Shown piece by piece: positions 26,595-36,114 of a stretch of 64,000 nt of DNA. A program made the translations under genes and the position numbers. Positions within the stretch are counted from its first letter, which is position 1, and every line of letters starts with the position of its first letter. Under the pieces are notes generated by a model. The model made no database searches and had not been told where the DNA came from. It saw only the letters and a list, made by a program, of their open reading frames with translations. Origin of the DNA: an uncultured Chloroflexia bacterium (GTDB taxonomy: Bacteria > Chloroflexota > Limnocylindria > QHBO01). The stretch is taken from the NCBI GenBank assembly GCA_963816215.1, contig CAWFKB010000003.1, positions 6,839-70,838 of the forward strand. Direction: 5' to 3'.

Positions 26595-27102
26595 CGGTCC
26601 ACCTCGACTCTCAGCCGGCGCAGCCCGGCGCTGACATTCTGGCGAGCGGCTTCCTCGGACGTCCCCATCCGCTCCGCGATCTGGCGGTAGTCCAGGTCGA
26701 GCACGTACCGATGAACCACGGCCGCGCGCTGCTTGGCGGGCAGCTCCCGAACCGCGGACCACAGACCCTCATCGGCCGGGGAGACCGGCAGGGTGGAGGG
26801 CTCCGTGGCGGGCGTCAGGCCGTCCAGCGCCACGGTTGCCGGTCGACGGGCACGGACGCGGACCGTATCGGTCGCTTTGCGGTGGGCAATCGTGTACAGC
26901 CAGGCCCGCAGGTTCTCGGCGTGACGGAGTCTCGGGTAGGCACGAAGGGCAGCCATGAACGTCTCCTGAAGACAATCCTCCGCCGCATCCGGCCCCACGC
27001 ACCCCACCAGGAAGTGGTGCAGCTCGATAGCATGGTCGTCAACGAGGCGCTGGAACGGCGGCAGGCTCACTGTTCGTGGAACGCGCCGCGCGCCCGATTC
27101 GT
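26591..27102 (-). CDS. ECF (sigma-70 family) RNA polymerase sigma factor
   Basis: Region 2 LQETFMAALRAYPRLRHAENLRAWLYTIAHRKATD and region 4 AVVHRYVLDLDYRQIAERMGTSEEAARQNVSAGLRRL. GTG start near 27100, approximate. The upstream part of the tracked 459-aa ORF is spurious. Confidence 0.7.
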
Positions 27103-27174
27103 GAGGCACCACGCAAGCGTACGGCGAGCGAAACCCTGCGCGGGTCGCCACCCGCCGCCATCGGTCCCGGCTGA

Positions 27175-28143
27175 CTAGTCGATCGTGAAGTAGTCGCCGC
27201 CGCTGTAGCGGCCGGTGCGCTCCTTGCGGATCTGCATGAGGACGTCGTTCAGGAGGCTGGACGCGCCGAATCGGAATCGGTCCGGTGTCATCCAGGCGGG
27301 ACCCAGGGTCTCGTACAGGACGGTCAGGTAGGCGATTGCCTCCTTCGAGGTCCGGATCCCACCCGCCGGCTTCATACCAACAGCCCGACCGGTCTGGGCG
27401 TGGAAGTCGCGAATGGCCTCGAGCATGACCAGGGTCACCGGCAGCGTTGATGCGGGCTGGACCTTGCCGGTGGAGGTCTTGATGAAGTCCGCGCCGGCCG
27501 CCATGGCCAGGACCGATGCTCGACGCACGTTGTCGTAGGTCTCGAGCTCGCCAGTCTCGAGGATCACCTTCAGATGGGCCGGACGGGCAGCCTGCTTCAC
27601 GGCCACGATCTCGTCGTAGACCTTCCCGTAGTCCCCGGCCAGGTATGCCCCACGATCGATGACCATGTCGATCTCGTCTGCGCCGGCCGCGACCGCCTGG
27701 CGGACGTCCTCGAGTTTGACTTCGAGCGAGGTTTGCCCCGACGGGAAGTAGGTTGCCACCGATGCGACCTTCACGCCGGAACCGGCGAGGGCCGCCTTTG
27801 CGGTGGCGATCATGTTCGGGTACACGCACAGCGCGGCCACGGACGGGATGGTGGGATCGGTGGGATCGGGGCGGACCGCCTTGCCGGCCAGGGCGCGAAC
27901 CTTGCCCGGCGTGTCCTTCCCCTCGAGGGTGGTGAGATCCATCATCCGGATGGCCAGGTCGAGGGCCCACAGCTTCGACTCGCGCTTGATGCTCCGCTTG
28001 GCGAGCATCGCGGCGCGCTCCTCGACTCCCACCTGGTCAACCGCCCAGACCCGACCGAGCAGGTTGCCGAGGGCCTGGTGCCGGGACGCGCTGAGCGGCG
28101 CCCGCCGACGCGCCGGCGTCTTGGCGCCGGGGGTTACGGCCAT
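27175..28143 (-). CDS. deoC: Deoxyribose-phosphate aldolase (long form with N-terminal extension)
   Basis: DeoC core with the Schiff-base Lys in the FIKTSTGK motif. Confidence 0.8.
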   Translation of the reverse strand: MAVTPGAKTPARRRAPLSASRHQALGNLLGRVWAVDQVGVEERAAMLAKRSIKRESKLWALDLAIRMMDLTTLEGKDTPGKVRALAGKAVRPDPTDPTIPSVAALCVYPNMIATAKAALAGSGVKVASVATYFPSGQTSLEVKLEDVRQAVAAGADEIDMVIDRGAYLAGDYGKVYDEIVAVKQAARPAHLKVILETGELETYDNVRRASVLAMAAGADFIKTSTGKVQPASTLPVTLVMLEAIRDFHAQTGRAVGMKPAGGIRTSKEAIAYLTVLYETLGPAWMTPDRFRFGASSLLNDVLMQIRKERTGRYSGGDYFTID

Positions 28144-28327
28144 GACTTTCGCCTGCCGAGCGCGTAGAACGCGAGGGCGGCTCCGACCCAGATCAGCATC
28201 ACGTAGATCGCCGAGCCGTACAGCGTGTCACTGACCGAGTGGGAGCCCTGGTCCACGAACGCGATGACCGCGATCGTGGCGGCGATCGCACTTCCCAGGA
28301 GGACGAGCTGCATGGTCCGAATCATGG
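28134..28327 (-). CDS. Small two-TM membrane protein (hypothetical)
   Basis: MIRTMQLVLLGSAIAATIAVIAFV...YVMLIWVGAALAFYALG. Start uncertain. Confidence 0.35.
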
Positions 28328-28350
28328 GAGGCCGATGATACGCTCTGATC

Positions 28351-28722
28351 GTGGGCACTCCGGCGGAGCCGCTTGTCTATTGCCTGACCCGCGACCACGA
28401 CCTGGCCGCGATGCTCGACGAGCGCCTGACCGGGGCACTGGTCTTCTTCTACAACGACGCGGCGCGGCTCCACCAGGCCATCGTCTTGCGGGTCCCGACC
28501 GTGGTCGTGATCGACACCGGAGCGGTGCGGGCGGAGTTTGGCGACGCCGGCCTGGGACCGGTGGTGGCGTTCGTCCGCGAGCGGGCGGCCGAGGCCCGGA
28601 TCGCCGTCCGGCCGGGTCCGGGTGCCGAGTGGCTGGTGGGCGCGGAGGCGGGCGTGGGGGTCGTGATGCTGCCGGCCGCGGTCGCGCCGTGCGGGGAGGC
28701 GGTCGCCGCCCTTACCGGCTGA
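28351..28722 (+). CDS. Hypothetical protein (123 aa)
   Basis: High-GC3 open frame with no recognisable motif. Confidence 0.35.
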   Translation: MGTPAEPLVYCLTRDHDLAAMLDERLTGALVFFYNDAARLHQAIVLRVPTVVVIDTGAVRAEFGDAGLGPVVAFVRERAAEARIAVRPGPGAEWLVGAEAGVGVVMLPAAVAPCGEAVAALTG

Positions 28723-29060
28723 GTCGGCCGACCAGCCCGATCCGCCGGGGTGGCCAGTACCGCAAGAGCACCCGCCAGCGCACCGATGAGGCGGGCACGA
28801 GACCGAAGGTGCGCGAATCGGTGCTGTCGGGGTTGTCGCCCAGGATCGTGACCGCCCCGCCCTCCAGGGCCGCGACCCGCTTCACGAGCTCGCGATGCGG
28901 GGCGCGCGGGTCGGCGGCCAAGCACGATTTCACCGGGGAGCGGCGAGCGCCTCCGATAGGAGCGCGCCTCCACGATCAGCCGATCGCCCGGCTCCAGGGT
29001 GGGGACCATGGATCGACCAGTGACCGCCACCGCGTCGAGATCACGCAGGGCGCGCGACAT
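28712..29060 (-). pseudogene. sodX: Ni-SOD maturation protease SodX (S26 signal-peptidase family) interrupted by a 1-nt frameshift near 28900-28925
   Basis: Frame A gives TGRSMVPTLEPGDRLIVEARSYRRRSPLPGEIVL (the S26 SMxPT box). The adjacent frame continues AADPRAPHRELVKRVAALEGGAVTILGDNPDSTDSRTFGLVPASSVRWRVLLRYWP (the S26 KRV and GDN boxes). Removing one base in cttggcc restores VLAADP. Lies directly beside sodN. Confidence 0.65.
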
Positions 29061-29163
29061 AGCCACGCCGACCACGGCGGCAGCAGCCGCCAATCCGGCC
29101 GACGACGAGGACGCCTCCCGGGCGCATCGGTCTGGTGTGACCGTGAACCCGGTCAGGAATCGG

Positions 29164-29583
29164 TCAGTGGACCCTGGTCTTCTCGGGGCCGCCGGTGGAC
29201 TTCCACATCTCGTCGATGCGGTCGATGGCGGTCAGCAGGTCCTTGGCGGCCTGGACGTCAAGCGTCTGCTTCACCTTGGATGCCTGCTTGGTGGCCTGCC
29301 AGAACGCCTCGTGGAGGTCGGGATGGGCCTCGAGGTGCTCGGGCTTGAAGTAGTCGTGCCACAGGACGTCGAGATGGTGCTTCACGAGCTCGGCGCGCTC
29401 CTCCTTGAGGTGAATGCACCGGGCGCGGAACAGGGCGTCCTCGCTGGCGTCGTGCTTCTCGATGATGCGCAGGCACGATTCGGCCTCGATCCGGGCCTGT
29501 ACCGGGTCGTAGACCCCACATGGCAGGTCGCAGTGCGCGGCCACGTGGCGGGTGGGATGGATGAGTCGGCGAATGGTCAGCAT
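29164..29583 (-). CDS. sodN: Nickel superoxide dismutase precursor
   Basis: Ni-hook HCDLPCGVYDP directly after a 15-aa propeptide MLTIRRLIHPTRHVAA. Confidence 0.9.
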   Translation of the reverse strand: MLTIRRLIHPTRHVAAHCDLPCGVYDPVQARIEAESCLRIIEKHDASEDALFRARCIHLKEERAELVKHHLDVLWHDYFKPEHLEAHPDLHEAFWQATKQASKVKQTLDVQAAKDLLTAIDRIDEMWKSTGGPEKTRVH

Positions 29584-29622
29584 GGACCGATTGTGCCCCA
29601 CCGAGACCCCGTGAGCGAACGG

Positions 29623-30204
29623 TTAGAAGCGCGCGACCTGGTACTTCTGCACGGTCATGACCGTGACGGCGCCCAGCACGGTCAGGATGGACCCCACCAC
29701 TGCGACCCCCACCAGGTCCAGCGGGTAGTGGCTCGAGCCGGCCATGAAGAAGAGCATGGGGAACGACAGTGCGAAGTTGACACGCGAGGCGAAGAGGGCG
29801 TTGCGCGGCCATTTCGGATCCGGGGGCTGGCCCGCCTTCATGGCGGCCAGCACGCGGCGCTGGTTGGGCCAGATCACCATCCAGACGTTGGCCAGCATGA
29901 TCACGCCCAGGAGGCCGCCGAAGAAGATCGTGATCTCGGTCCTGCTGCTGAACAGGTCCCCATCCTGCCAGTACAGGCCGTAAATCAGCAGCAGTCCCGC
30001 GGTCACGGTGACGACCGCCGACCAGCGGAACCACGCCAGGGCCCGGGTGAACAGCGGCGGGTTGACCTGCCCCTTGACCGATGCGTCCAGGACCCGCTGG
30101 AACGGGATGTTCACGAGGTTGAACCAGTAGAGCAGCCCGATCCAGGTGATACCGGCCACGAAATGCACCCAGCGGATGCCGATCAGGACCTCGGGCGTGA
30201 ACAC
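29623..30204 (-). CDS. Hypothetical integral membrane protein (4-5 TM)
   Basis: Trp-rich TM helices. No family assigned. Confidence 0.5.
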   Translation of the reverse strand: MFTPEVLIGIRWVHFVAGITWIGLLYWFNLVNIPFQRVLDASVKGQVNPPLFTRALAWFRWSAVVTVTAGLLLIYGLYWQDGDLFSSRTEITIFFGGLLGVIMLANVWMVIWPNQRRVLAAMKAGQPPDPKWPRNALFASRVNFALSFPMLFFMAGSSHYPLDLVGVAVVGSILTVLGAVTVMTVQKYQVARF

Positions 30205-30212
30205 GGGTGCCC

Positions 30213-30968
30213 TCAGTTCCCCATCACGATGCCGCCGTCCACGCCCAGCACCTGGCCGGTCAGGAAGCGGGCCTCGTCGCTGGCGAAGAAGACGGCGGCG
30301 GCAGCCACGTCGTCCACGGTGGCCAGGCCGCCGAGCGGCGTGATCTGGAGGATGGCCTCGCGCGCGGCGTCGGACAGGGTGTTCAGGATGTCGGTCTCGA
30401 CCAGTCCGGGGGCGATGGCGTTGCAGGTGACGTTTCGGCTGGCCAGCTCGCGCGCCGTGGTCTTGGTCAGACCGATGAGCCCCGCCTTGGCGGCCACGTA
30501 GTTCGCCTGGCCCACGTTGCCCATCCGTCCGGCCACGCTCGACATGTTGATGATCCGCCCGTATCGGGCCTTCATCATCGGACGCGAGACGGCCTTGGTC
30601 ATCCAGAACGGCCCGGACAGGTTGGTCGCAATGACCGCATCCCAGTCCTCCGGATCCATTCGCATGATCAGGTCGTCGCGGGTGATGCCCGCGTTGTTGA
30701 CCAGGATGTCGACCTTCTCAAACGCCTCCAAGGCGGCCTTCACGATCGCGTCGCACGCATCCCGACCGTCGGCGGTGCTGCCCTGGATGGCGACCGCCCG
30801 ACGGCCCATGGCGGTGATCTCGGCCACCACGGCCTTCGCGCCCGCGGCGCTTTCGCGATAGTTCACCGCCACGTCAGCCCCCTGGCGGGCGAACGCCAGC
30901 GCGATCGCGCGCCCGATGCCCCGGCTGCCGCCGGTGACGAGCGCTGTGCGGCCGGTCAGGTCAAACAT
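30213..30968 (-). CDS. fabG: 3-oxoacyl-[ACP] reductase
   Basis: TGGSRGIGRAIA Rossmann motif and NNAG. Catalytic YxxxK present as YVAAK. Confidence 0.9.
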   Translation of the reverse strand: MFDLTGRTALVTGGSRGIGRAIALAFARQGADVAVNYRESAAGAKAVVAEITAMGRRAVAIQGSTADGRDACDAIVKAALEAFEKVDILVNNAGITRDDLIMRMDPEDWDAVIATNLSGPFWMTKAVSRPMMKARYGRIINMSSVAGRMGNVGQANYVAAKAGLIGLTKTTARELASRNVTCNAIAPGLVETDILNTLSDAAREAILQITPLGGLATVDDVAAAAVFFASDEARFLTGQVLGVDGGIVMGN

Positions 30969-32044
30969 CAGGCGCTCCCCGCCGTGACCGGCTCGCGCTG
31001 GGGCTGGCCGGCGCGGGTCTGCTCCCCGGGGGCCAGGAACGCGCGCAGCGGATCCGCGGTCCACTCGACCACCGCGGCGCCGGCGGTGTAGCCCGAGCCA
31101 AAGGCCCCCATCAGGATCCGGTCTCCCTCGTGGACGCGGCCCGCGGCGACGGCCTCGGTGAGCGCCATGGGAACGGAGGCGGCCGACGTGTTGCCGTATC
31201 GGTCGATGTTCACGAAGACCTTGTCCGGCGGAACGTTCAGCAGCTCGCGGACGGTGTCGAGAATCCGCATGTTGGCCTGGTGGTAGAGGAACAGGTCGAC
31301 GTCGCCAATCCGCAGACCGGCATTGGCGACAGCCGCCTGGGTGGTGTCGGCCAGCTGGCGGGTGGCATAGCGATAGACCTCCTTGCCCGCCATGCGCATG
31401 AAATGCAGCCGGTCTGCGACCGTCTGGGCCGTGGCCGGGTGGGCCGTCCCCCCGCCGGGGATGATGATCCCCTCGGCTCCGGTGCCGTCGCTGTACAGCT
31501 GGAAGCCCAGCAATCCGCCGGGCTGGTCGGACGCGGACAGGACGACGGCCCCCGCCCCGTCGCCGAAGAGCACGCACGTGTTCCGATCGGTCCAGTCCAG
31601 GTAGCGGCTCAGGAGGTCCACCCCCACCACCAGCACGTTGCGGTACATGCCGCTGCCCACGAAGCTCGCCCCGGCCGCGAGGCCGAAGACGAATCCCGAG
31701 CACGCGGCGTTGAGGTCAAAGCCAGCCGCGTTGGTGGCGCCCAGGTCCCGGGCCACGAGCACGCCAGTGGCCGGCATGAGGTAGTCGGGGCTCGCGGTGG
31801 CCACGATCACCAGGTCCACGTCCGCCGGATCGAGGCCGGCCACGGCCAGCGCATCGCGGCTGGCATTGGTGGCCAGGGTGGCGGTGGTCTCGTCGTCGGC
31901 GGCGATGCGCCGTTCGCGGATCCCGGTTCGGCTCCGGATCCACTCGTCGGACGTATCGACGATTCGCGACAGGTCGTCGTTGGTCATGACCCGGGCCGGG
32001 GCATACATCCCCCATCCGGTGATCACGGTGTGGGGAGACGTCAC
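30968..32044 (-). CDS. fabH: Beta-ketoacyl-[ACP] synthase III
   Basis: Active-site ACSGF Cys, and the HQAN and GNTSAASVP motifs. Confidence 0.9.
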   Translation of the reverse strand: MTSPHTVITGWGMYAPARVMTNDDLSRIVDTSDEWIRSRTGIRERRIAADDETTATLATNASRDALAVAGLDPADVDLVIVATASPDYLMPATGVLVARDLGATNAAGFDLNAACSGFVFGLAAGASFVGSGMYRNVLVVGVDLLSRYLDWTDRNTCVLFGDGAGAVVLSASDQPGGLLGFQLYSDGTGAEGIIIPGGGTAHPATAQTVADRLHFMRMAGKEVYRYATRQLADTTQAAVANAGLRIGDVDLFLYHQANMRILDTVRELLNVPPDKVFVNIDRYGNTSAASVPMALTEAVAAGRVHEGDRILMGAFGSGYTAGAAVVEWTADPLRAFLAPGEQTRAGQPQREPVTAGSA

Positions 32045-32478
32045 GACAATTTGACCTCGAACAGGGGCTGCTGGCGCTTCACCAGTGTCCCACTGTCGGC
32101 CAGGATCCGGCTGACGGTGCCCGCGACGTCGGACTTGATCTCGTTGAACAGCTTCATCGCCTCGATCAGCCCCACCACCTGGCCGGCCGACACCTCGCCG
32201 TTGAGCTGGACGTACGGGCGGGCGCCGGGCGACGGGGCGCCGTACCAGACACCGGTCAACGGAGCGGTGATGAACCGATGGCCGGGCGCCGGCTCGCCGA
32301 ACGGGCCGGAGGCCGCCGGTGCACCCGCGGGAGCGGCCGCGGCAGCGAGCGCCGGTGCGCGGCGCTTGGCCAATCGCACGGTGATGCCGCCGGCCTCGAC
32401 CTCCAGCTCGTCCAGGTCGCTCTCCGCGAACGGCCCGGTGAGCGCGTCAACCGCGGCAAGGATGGGATCGGTGTCCAT
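32041..32478 (-). CDS. accB: Acetyl-CoA carboxylase biotin carboxyl carrier protein (canonical, with biotinyl-Lys)
   Basis: GLIEAMKLFNEI biotinylation motif and a C-terminal hammerhead domain. Confidence 0.85.
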   Translation of the reverse strand: MDTDPILAAVDALTGPFAESDLDELEVEAGGITVRLAKRRAPALAAAAAPAGAPAASGPFGEPAPGHRFITAPLTGVWYGAPSPGARPYVQLNGEVSAGQVVGLIEAMKLFNEIKSDVAGTVSRILADSGTLVKRQQPLFEVKLS

Positions 32479-32482
32479 GCGG

Positions 32483-33778
32483 TCAGTCGCCGTCCCAGCG
32501 CCGAAAGACGAGCGTGGCGTTGTGCCCGCCGAAGCCGAAGGCGTTGCTCATCGCCGTCTCGATGGGAACCTGACGCGCCACGTTGGGGACGTAGTCGAGG
32601 TCGCACTCGGGGTCGGGGTTGTCGAGGTTGATGGTGGGCGGAATCGTGCCCGTCTCGAGCGCCCGGACGCAGGCGACGGCCTCGATCCCACCGCCGGCGC
32701 CCATGAGGTGCCCGGTCATGGACTTGGTGCTGCTGATCGGGACCGTGTAGGCATCGGCCTCGAAGACGGTCTTGATGGCTGCCGTCTCGGCCGGGTCGTT
32801 GGGCGGGGTGGAGGTGCCGTGGGCATTGATGTACCCCAGTTCCCCCGGGGCGAGGCCGGCGTCGGCGAGGGCAATCCGCATGCTGGCCGCGGCCCCGCGA
32901 CCGCCCGGAGCGGGAAGGGTCACGTGCGATGCGTCGTCGGAGGCGCCGTAACCGATGAATTCGGCCCGGATGGTCGCCCCGCGGGCGTGCGCGTGCTCGA
33001 GGTCCTCGAGGACCAGCATCCCGGCCCCGTCGGCGATCACAAACCCGTCGCGATCCGCGTCAAAGGGGCGCGAGGCTCGCGTTGGCTGGTCGTTGCGCTT
33101 GGTGGAAAGTGCCCGCATGGCGCAGAACGCGGCGACCACCATCTCGCAGATGGCGGCCTCGGAACCGCCGGCCACCATGACGTCGGCGTCGCCGCGGCGG
33201 ACGATCCCCAACGCCTCGCCCAGGGCGTGGTTGCTCGAGGCGCAGGCGCTGACCGTGGCGTAGTTCGGGCCGCGCAGGTTGGCGGCGATGGCCACGTGCC
33301 CGGCGGCTGTGTCGGGAATCATGTTCAGCAGGGCGAAGGGGCTGACCCGGTCATAGCCCTCGACCGCGGCTTCCTGCGCGTCGCGGACGAGCGAGGTCAC
33401 TCCACCAATGCCGGTGGCCACGATGGCCCCGATCCGCTCCGCTTCCTCGTCTGCCACGACCGGGAAGGCGATGCCGGCATCGGTCAGGGCCTGCGACGCC
33501 GCGGCCCAGGCGTAGTGGACGTACCGGTCGTGGCGGCGGACGTCCTTGCGGTCCATGACGGTTGTGGGGTCGAAGTCCTTGACCTCGCCGCCCACCTGGG
33601 ATGGGACGCGGGACGGATCGAACGATTGAATCCGGTCCAGCCCGCTTCGGCCGGCGACCAGGCCGTCCCAGTAGGTCGCCACGTCATTGCCGAGCGGCGT
33701 GACAGCGCCCAGGCCGGTGACCACCACCCGGCGCTCGCCTCGTTCCTGCGAACTGCGCTGCGGGGACCGATCAACCAC
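32483..33778 (-). CDS. fabF: Beta-ketoacyl-[ACP] synthase II
   Basis: Active-site Cys in SACASS, and the HGTSTP and GHNAT motifs. Confidence 0.9.
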   Translation of the reverse strand: MVDRSPQRSSQERGERRVVVTGLGAVTPLGNDVATYWDGLVAGRSGLDRIQSFDPSRVPSQVGGEVKDFDPTTVMDRKDVRRHDRYVHYAWAAASQALTDAGIAFPVVADEEAERIGAIVATGIGGVTSLVRDAQEAAVEGYDRVSPFALLNMIPDTAAGHVAIAANLRGPNYATVSACASSNHALGEALGIVRRGDADVMVAGGSEAAICEMVVAAFCAMRALSTKRNDQPTRASRPFDADRDGFVIADGAGMLVLEDLEHAHARGATIRAEFIGYGASDDASHVTLPAPGGRGAAASMRIALADAGLAPGELGYINAHGTSTPPNDPAETAAIKTVFEADAYTVPISSTKSMTGHLMGAGGGIEAVACVRALETGTIPPTINLDNPDPECDLDYVPNVARQVPIETAMSNAFGFGGHNATLVFRRWDGD

Positions 33779-34271
33779 CGGCTGCGCGGCTCCCGCCCAG
33801 ATCCTGATCGCGGGGCATGATGAAGGAGAGGAGGGCCTCGACCGCGACCTCGCCCTCGACCGTGGCCACGGCGCGGGCGCGTCCCGAGACGCGGCCCAGC
33901 TTCTCGACCGTGATCTCGAGGCGCAGCGTATCGCCCGGAATCACGATTCGTCGGAAGCGGCATTCGTCGATGCCGGCAAAGAGGATGAGCCGGCCCCGGT
34001 TCTCCGGGGCGGCCAGGATCGCGACGCAGCCGGTCTGGGCCAGCGACTCGACGAGGAGGACGCCGGGCATGATCGGGCGGCCGGGGAAGTGGCCCGTGAA
34101 CTGCGGTTCGTTGGCGGTGACGTTGCGGATGGCCACCACCCGCTGACCGGGCTCGACCTCCACCACACGGTCGATGAGCAGGAACGGGTAGCGGTGGGGC
34201 AGGATCTCCATGATGTCGGCCGCCTCCCAGGGGAGCGGCGGCAGGGTGGAATCGGGCGTTTCGGTCGTCAT
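33771..34271 (-). CDS. fabZ: 3-hydroxyacyl-[ACP] dehydratase
   Basis: [13 protein letters not shown] and [13 protein letters not shown]. Confidence 0.9.
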   Translation of the reverse strand: MTTETPDSTLPPLPWEAADIMEILPHRYPFLLIDRVVEVEPGQRVVAIRNVTANEPQFTGHFPGRPIMPGVLLVESLAQTGCVAILAAPENRGRLILFAGIDECRFRRIVIPGDTLRLEITVEKLGRVSGRARAVATVEGEVAVEALLSFIMPRDQDLGGSRAAGG

Positions 34272-34279
34272 CGGTCCTC

Positions 34280-35644
34280 TCAGGCGGGCTCGCCCACGAA
34301 GGCGGCGGCGCCGACGCGGTCGAGCATGTTGGTGCTGACCTCCGCCCCCACGAAGGCCGCATTGTCAACGATCCCTCGATGGAAGGGGAGGTTGGTCTTC
34401 ACGCCCTCGACCGTGGTCTCGGCCAGGGCGCGGCGGGCTCGGGCGAGGGCTTCGGTGCGCGTCTCGCCCCACACCACGAGCTTGGCCAGGAGCGAGTCGT
34501 AGTACGGCGGGATCTCGTAGCCGGGATACAGGTGGGTGTCCACCCGAACACCCGCTCCGCCAGGCCACTGCACGTCGGTCACCACGCCGGTCTGCGGAGA
34601 GAAGTTGTCGAGCGGGTCCTCGGCGGTGATCCGGAACTCGATTGCATGGCCGCGCAGCTGGACCTGCTCCTGGTTCAGGAGCAGCCGTTCTCCCGCCGCG
34701 ATCCGGATCTGCTCGGCCACGAGGTCCACCCCGGTCAGCATCTCGGTCACCGGGTGCTCGACCTGGATCCGGCAGTTGATCTCGATGAAGAAGAAGTTGC
34801 CCTCGCGGTCGAGGAGGAACTCGAGCGTGCCCATGTTCTCGTAGCCAGCGGAGACGACCGAGCGGATGGCGAGGTCCCGCAGCCGCTCACGGGCGGGCTC
34901 GGTCATGGCCGGCGACGGCCCCTCCTCGATGAGCTTCTGATGCCGGCGCTGGACCGAGCAGTCGCGCTCGCCCAGGTGGATGCCGTTCCCATGGCTGTCG
35001 ATCAGGACCTGGACCTCGACGTGGCGGTTCTCCTCGATCCACCGCTCGAAATACAGCGAGTCATCCCCGAACGCGGCGCGGGCCTCCGACTTGGCCAGGG
35101 GCAGTGACGTCTCCATCTCGCGCGGGGAGCGGACGAGGCGCATCCCTCGGCCGCCCCCGCCGGCCGAGGGCTTGAGCAGGACCGGGTAGCCGGCGGCCTC
35201 GGCCTGGGCCAGGGCGTCGGCCAGGTCGGCGACGATCCCGGTGCTGCCCGGGACGGTGGGCAGGCCAGTGGCGGCGAGCATCCGGCGGACGGCGTACTTG
35301 GAGGCGAACCGCTCGATGACGTGTGCGGGTGGACCGATGAACACCAGGTCGTGCGCGGCGCAGGCCTCGGCGAAGGAGGCGTCCTCCGACAGGAAGCCGT
35401 AGCCGGGATGGATGGCGTCGCAACCGGTGATGAGTGCCGCGCTGATGAGCGCCGGCTGGTTCAGGTATGACCGCCGGGCCTCTGCCGGACCGATGCAGAT
35501 GGCCTCGTCGGCCTGCTGGACGGCCATGGACTCACGGTCGGGCTCGCTGAATGCGACCACGGCCGGGATCCCCAGCTCGCGACAGGTGCGCAGGATGCGG
35601 ACCGCGATCTCGCCCCGGTTGGCAACCAGGATCTTGGCGAACAT
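34280..35644 (-). CDS. accC: Acetyl-CoA carboxylase biotin carboxylase subunit
   Basis: Start at [19 protein letters not shown]-grasp motifs. Confidence 0.9.
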   Translation of the reverse strand: MFAKILVANRGEIAVRILRTCRELGIPAVVAFSEPDRESMAVQQADEAICIGPAEARRSYLNQPALISAALITGCDAIHPGYGFLSEDASFAEACAAHDLVFIGPPAHVIERFASKYAVRRMLAATGLPTVPGSTGIVADLADALAQAEAAGYPVLLKPSAGGGGRGMRLVRSPREMETSLPLAKSEARAAFGDDSLYFERWIEENRHVEVQVLIDSHGNGIHLGERDCSVQRRHQKLIEEGPSPAMTEPARERLRDLAIRSVVSAGYENMGTLEFLLDREGNFFFIEINCRIQVEHPVTEMLTGVDLVAEQIRIAAGERLLLNQEQVQLRGHAIEFRITAEDPLDNFSPQTGVVTDVQWPGGAGVRVDTHLYPGYEIPPYYDSLLAKLVVWGETRTEALARARRALAETTVEGVKTNLPFHRGIVDNAAFVGAEVSTNMLDRVGAAAFVGEPA

Positions 35645-36114
35645 CAGGCTCCGGACCCGTCGCCCGAGCCACGCTCGAGCTCGATCAGGAGCTGCCCGTA
35701 CTCCACCGGCTCCCCGCTTTCCGCCACCAGGTGGCGGACGACCCCCACCGCGCTGGCCCGCACTTCGTGGCGAATGCCGAGCATCTCCACGTACCCGACC
35801 TCGGTCCCCGGGCCCACGGCGAGGCCCGGTCCCAGGCCATCGGCGTACACGAAATGGCCCACCGCGGGGGACTTCAGCTGGTCGAGTGTCGTCACGGCCG
35901 CGGGCGCGGGATCCGTCGCGCTCGGCCGGGTGACAGTGACGTCGACCCCCGAACCGGATCCCGATGGCGATTTCTCGACCGCCACCACCCGGACCCGGAT
36001 GTCGCCCTGCCGGACCTCGATCTCGCCCAGGCCCAGGCGGTTCAGGCGTTCGGTAAGAGGAGGGACCAGGTCGGCGGCGGCGCGCGCGATGGCCTTGGCC
36101 GGATCGTCGCTCAT
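35644..36114 (-). CDS. BCCP-like protein (AccB paralog) lacking the biotinyl-lysine: EAMKM replaced by EMLG
   Basis: Full AccB architecture, SPAVGHFV ... VAESGEPVEYGQLLIELE. The biotinyl position reads VGYVEMLGIRHEV, with Gly where Lys should be. There is no Lys anywhere in the biotinyl domain. Sits in the canonical accB slot, ATGA-coupled to accC. Confidence 0.75.
   Translation of the reverse strand: MSDDPAKAIARAAADLVPPLTERLNRLGLGEIEVRQGDIRVRVVAVEKSPSGSGSGVDVTVTRPSATDPAPAAVTTLDQLKSPAVGHFVYADGLGPGLAVGPGTEVGYVEMLGIRHEVRASAVGVVRHLVAESGEPVEYGQLLIELERGSGDGSGA

Noticed and set aside
31130-33820. 896-aa plus-strand ORF spanning fabH-accB-fabF. Other very long plus-strand ORFs are at 38385..40781 and 41909..43297.
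   Set aside because: These overlap strongly conserved minus-strand genes (fabH/accB/fabF, sigma/birA). The translations are low-complexity Gly/Arg/Asp-rich, so they are GC-artefact ORFs.
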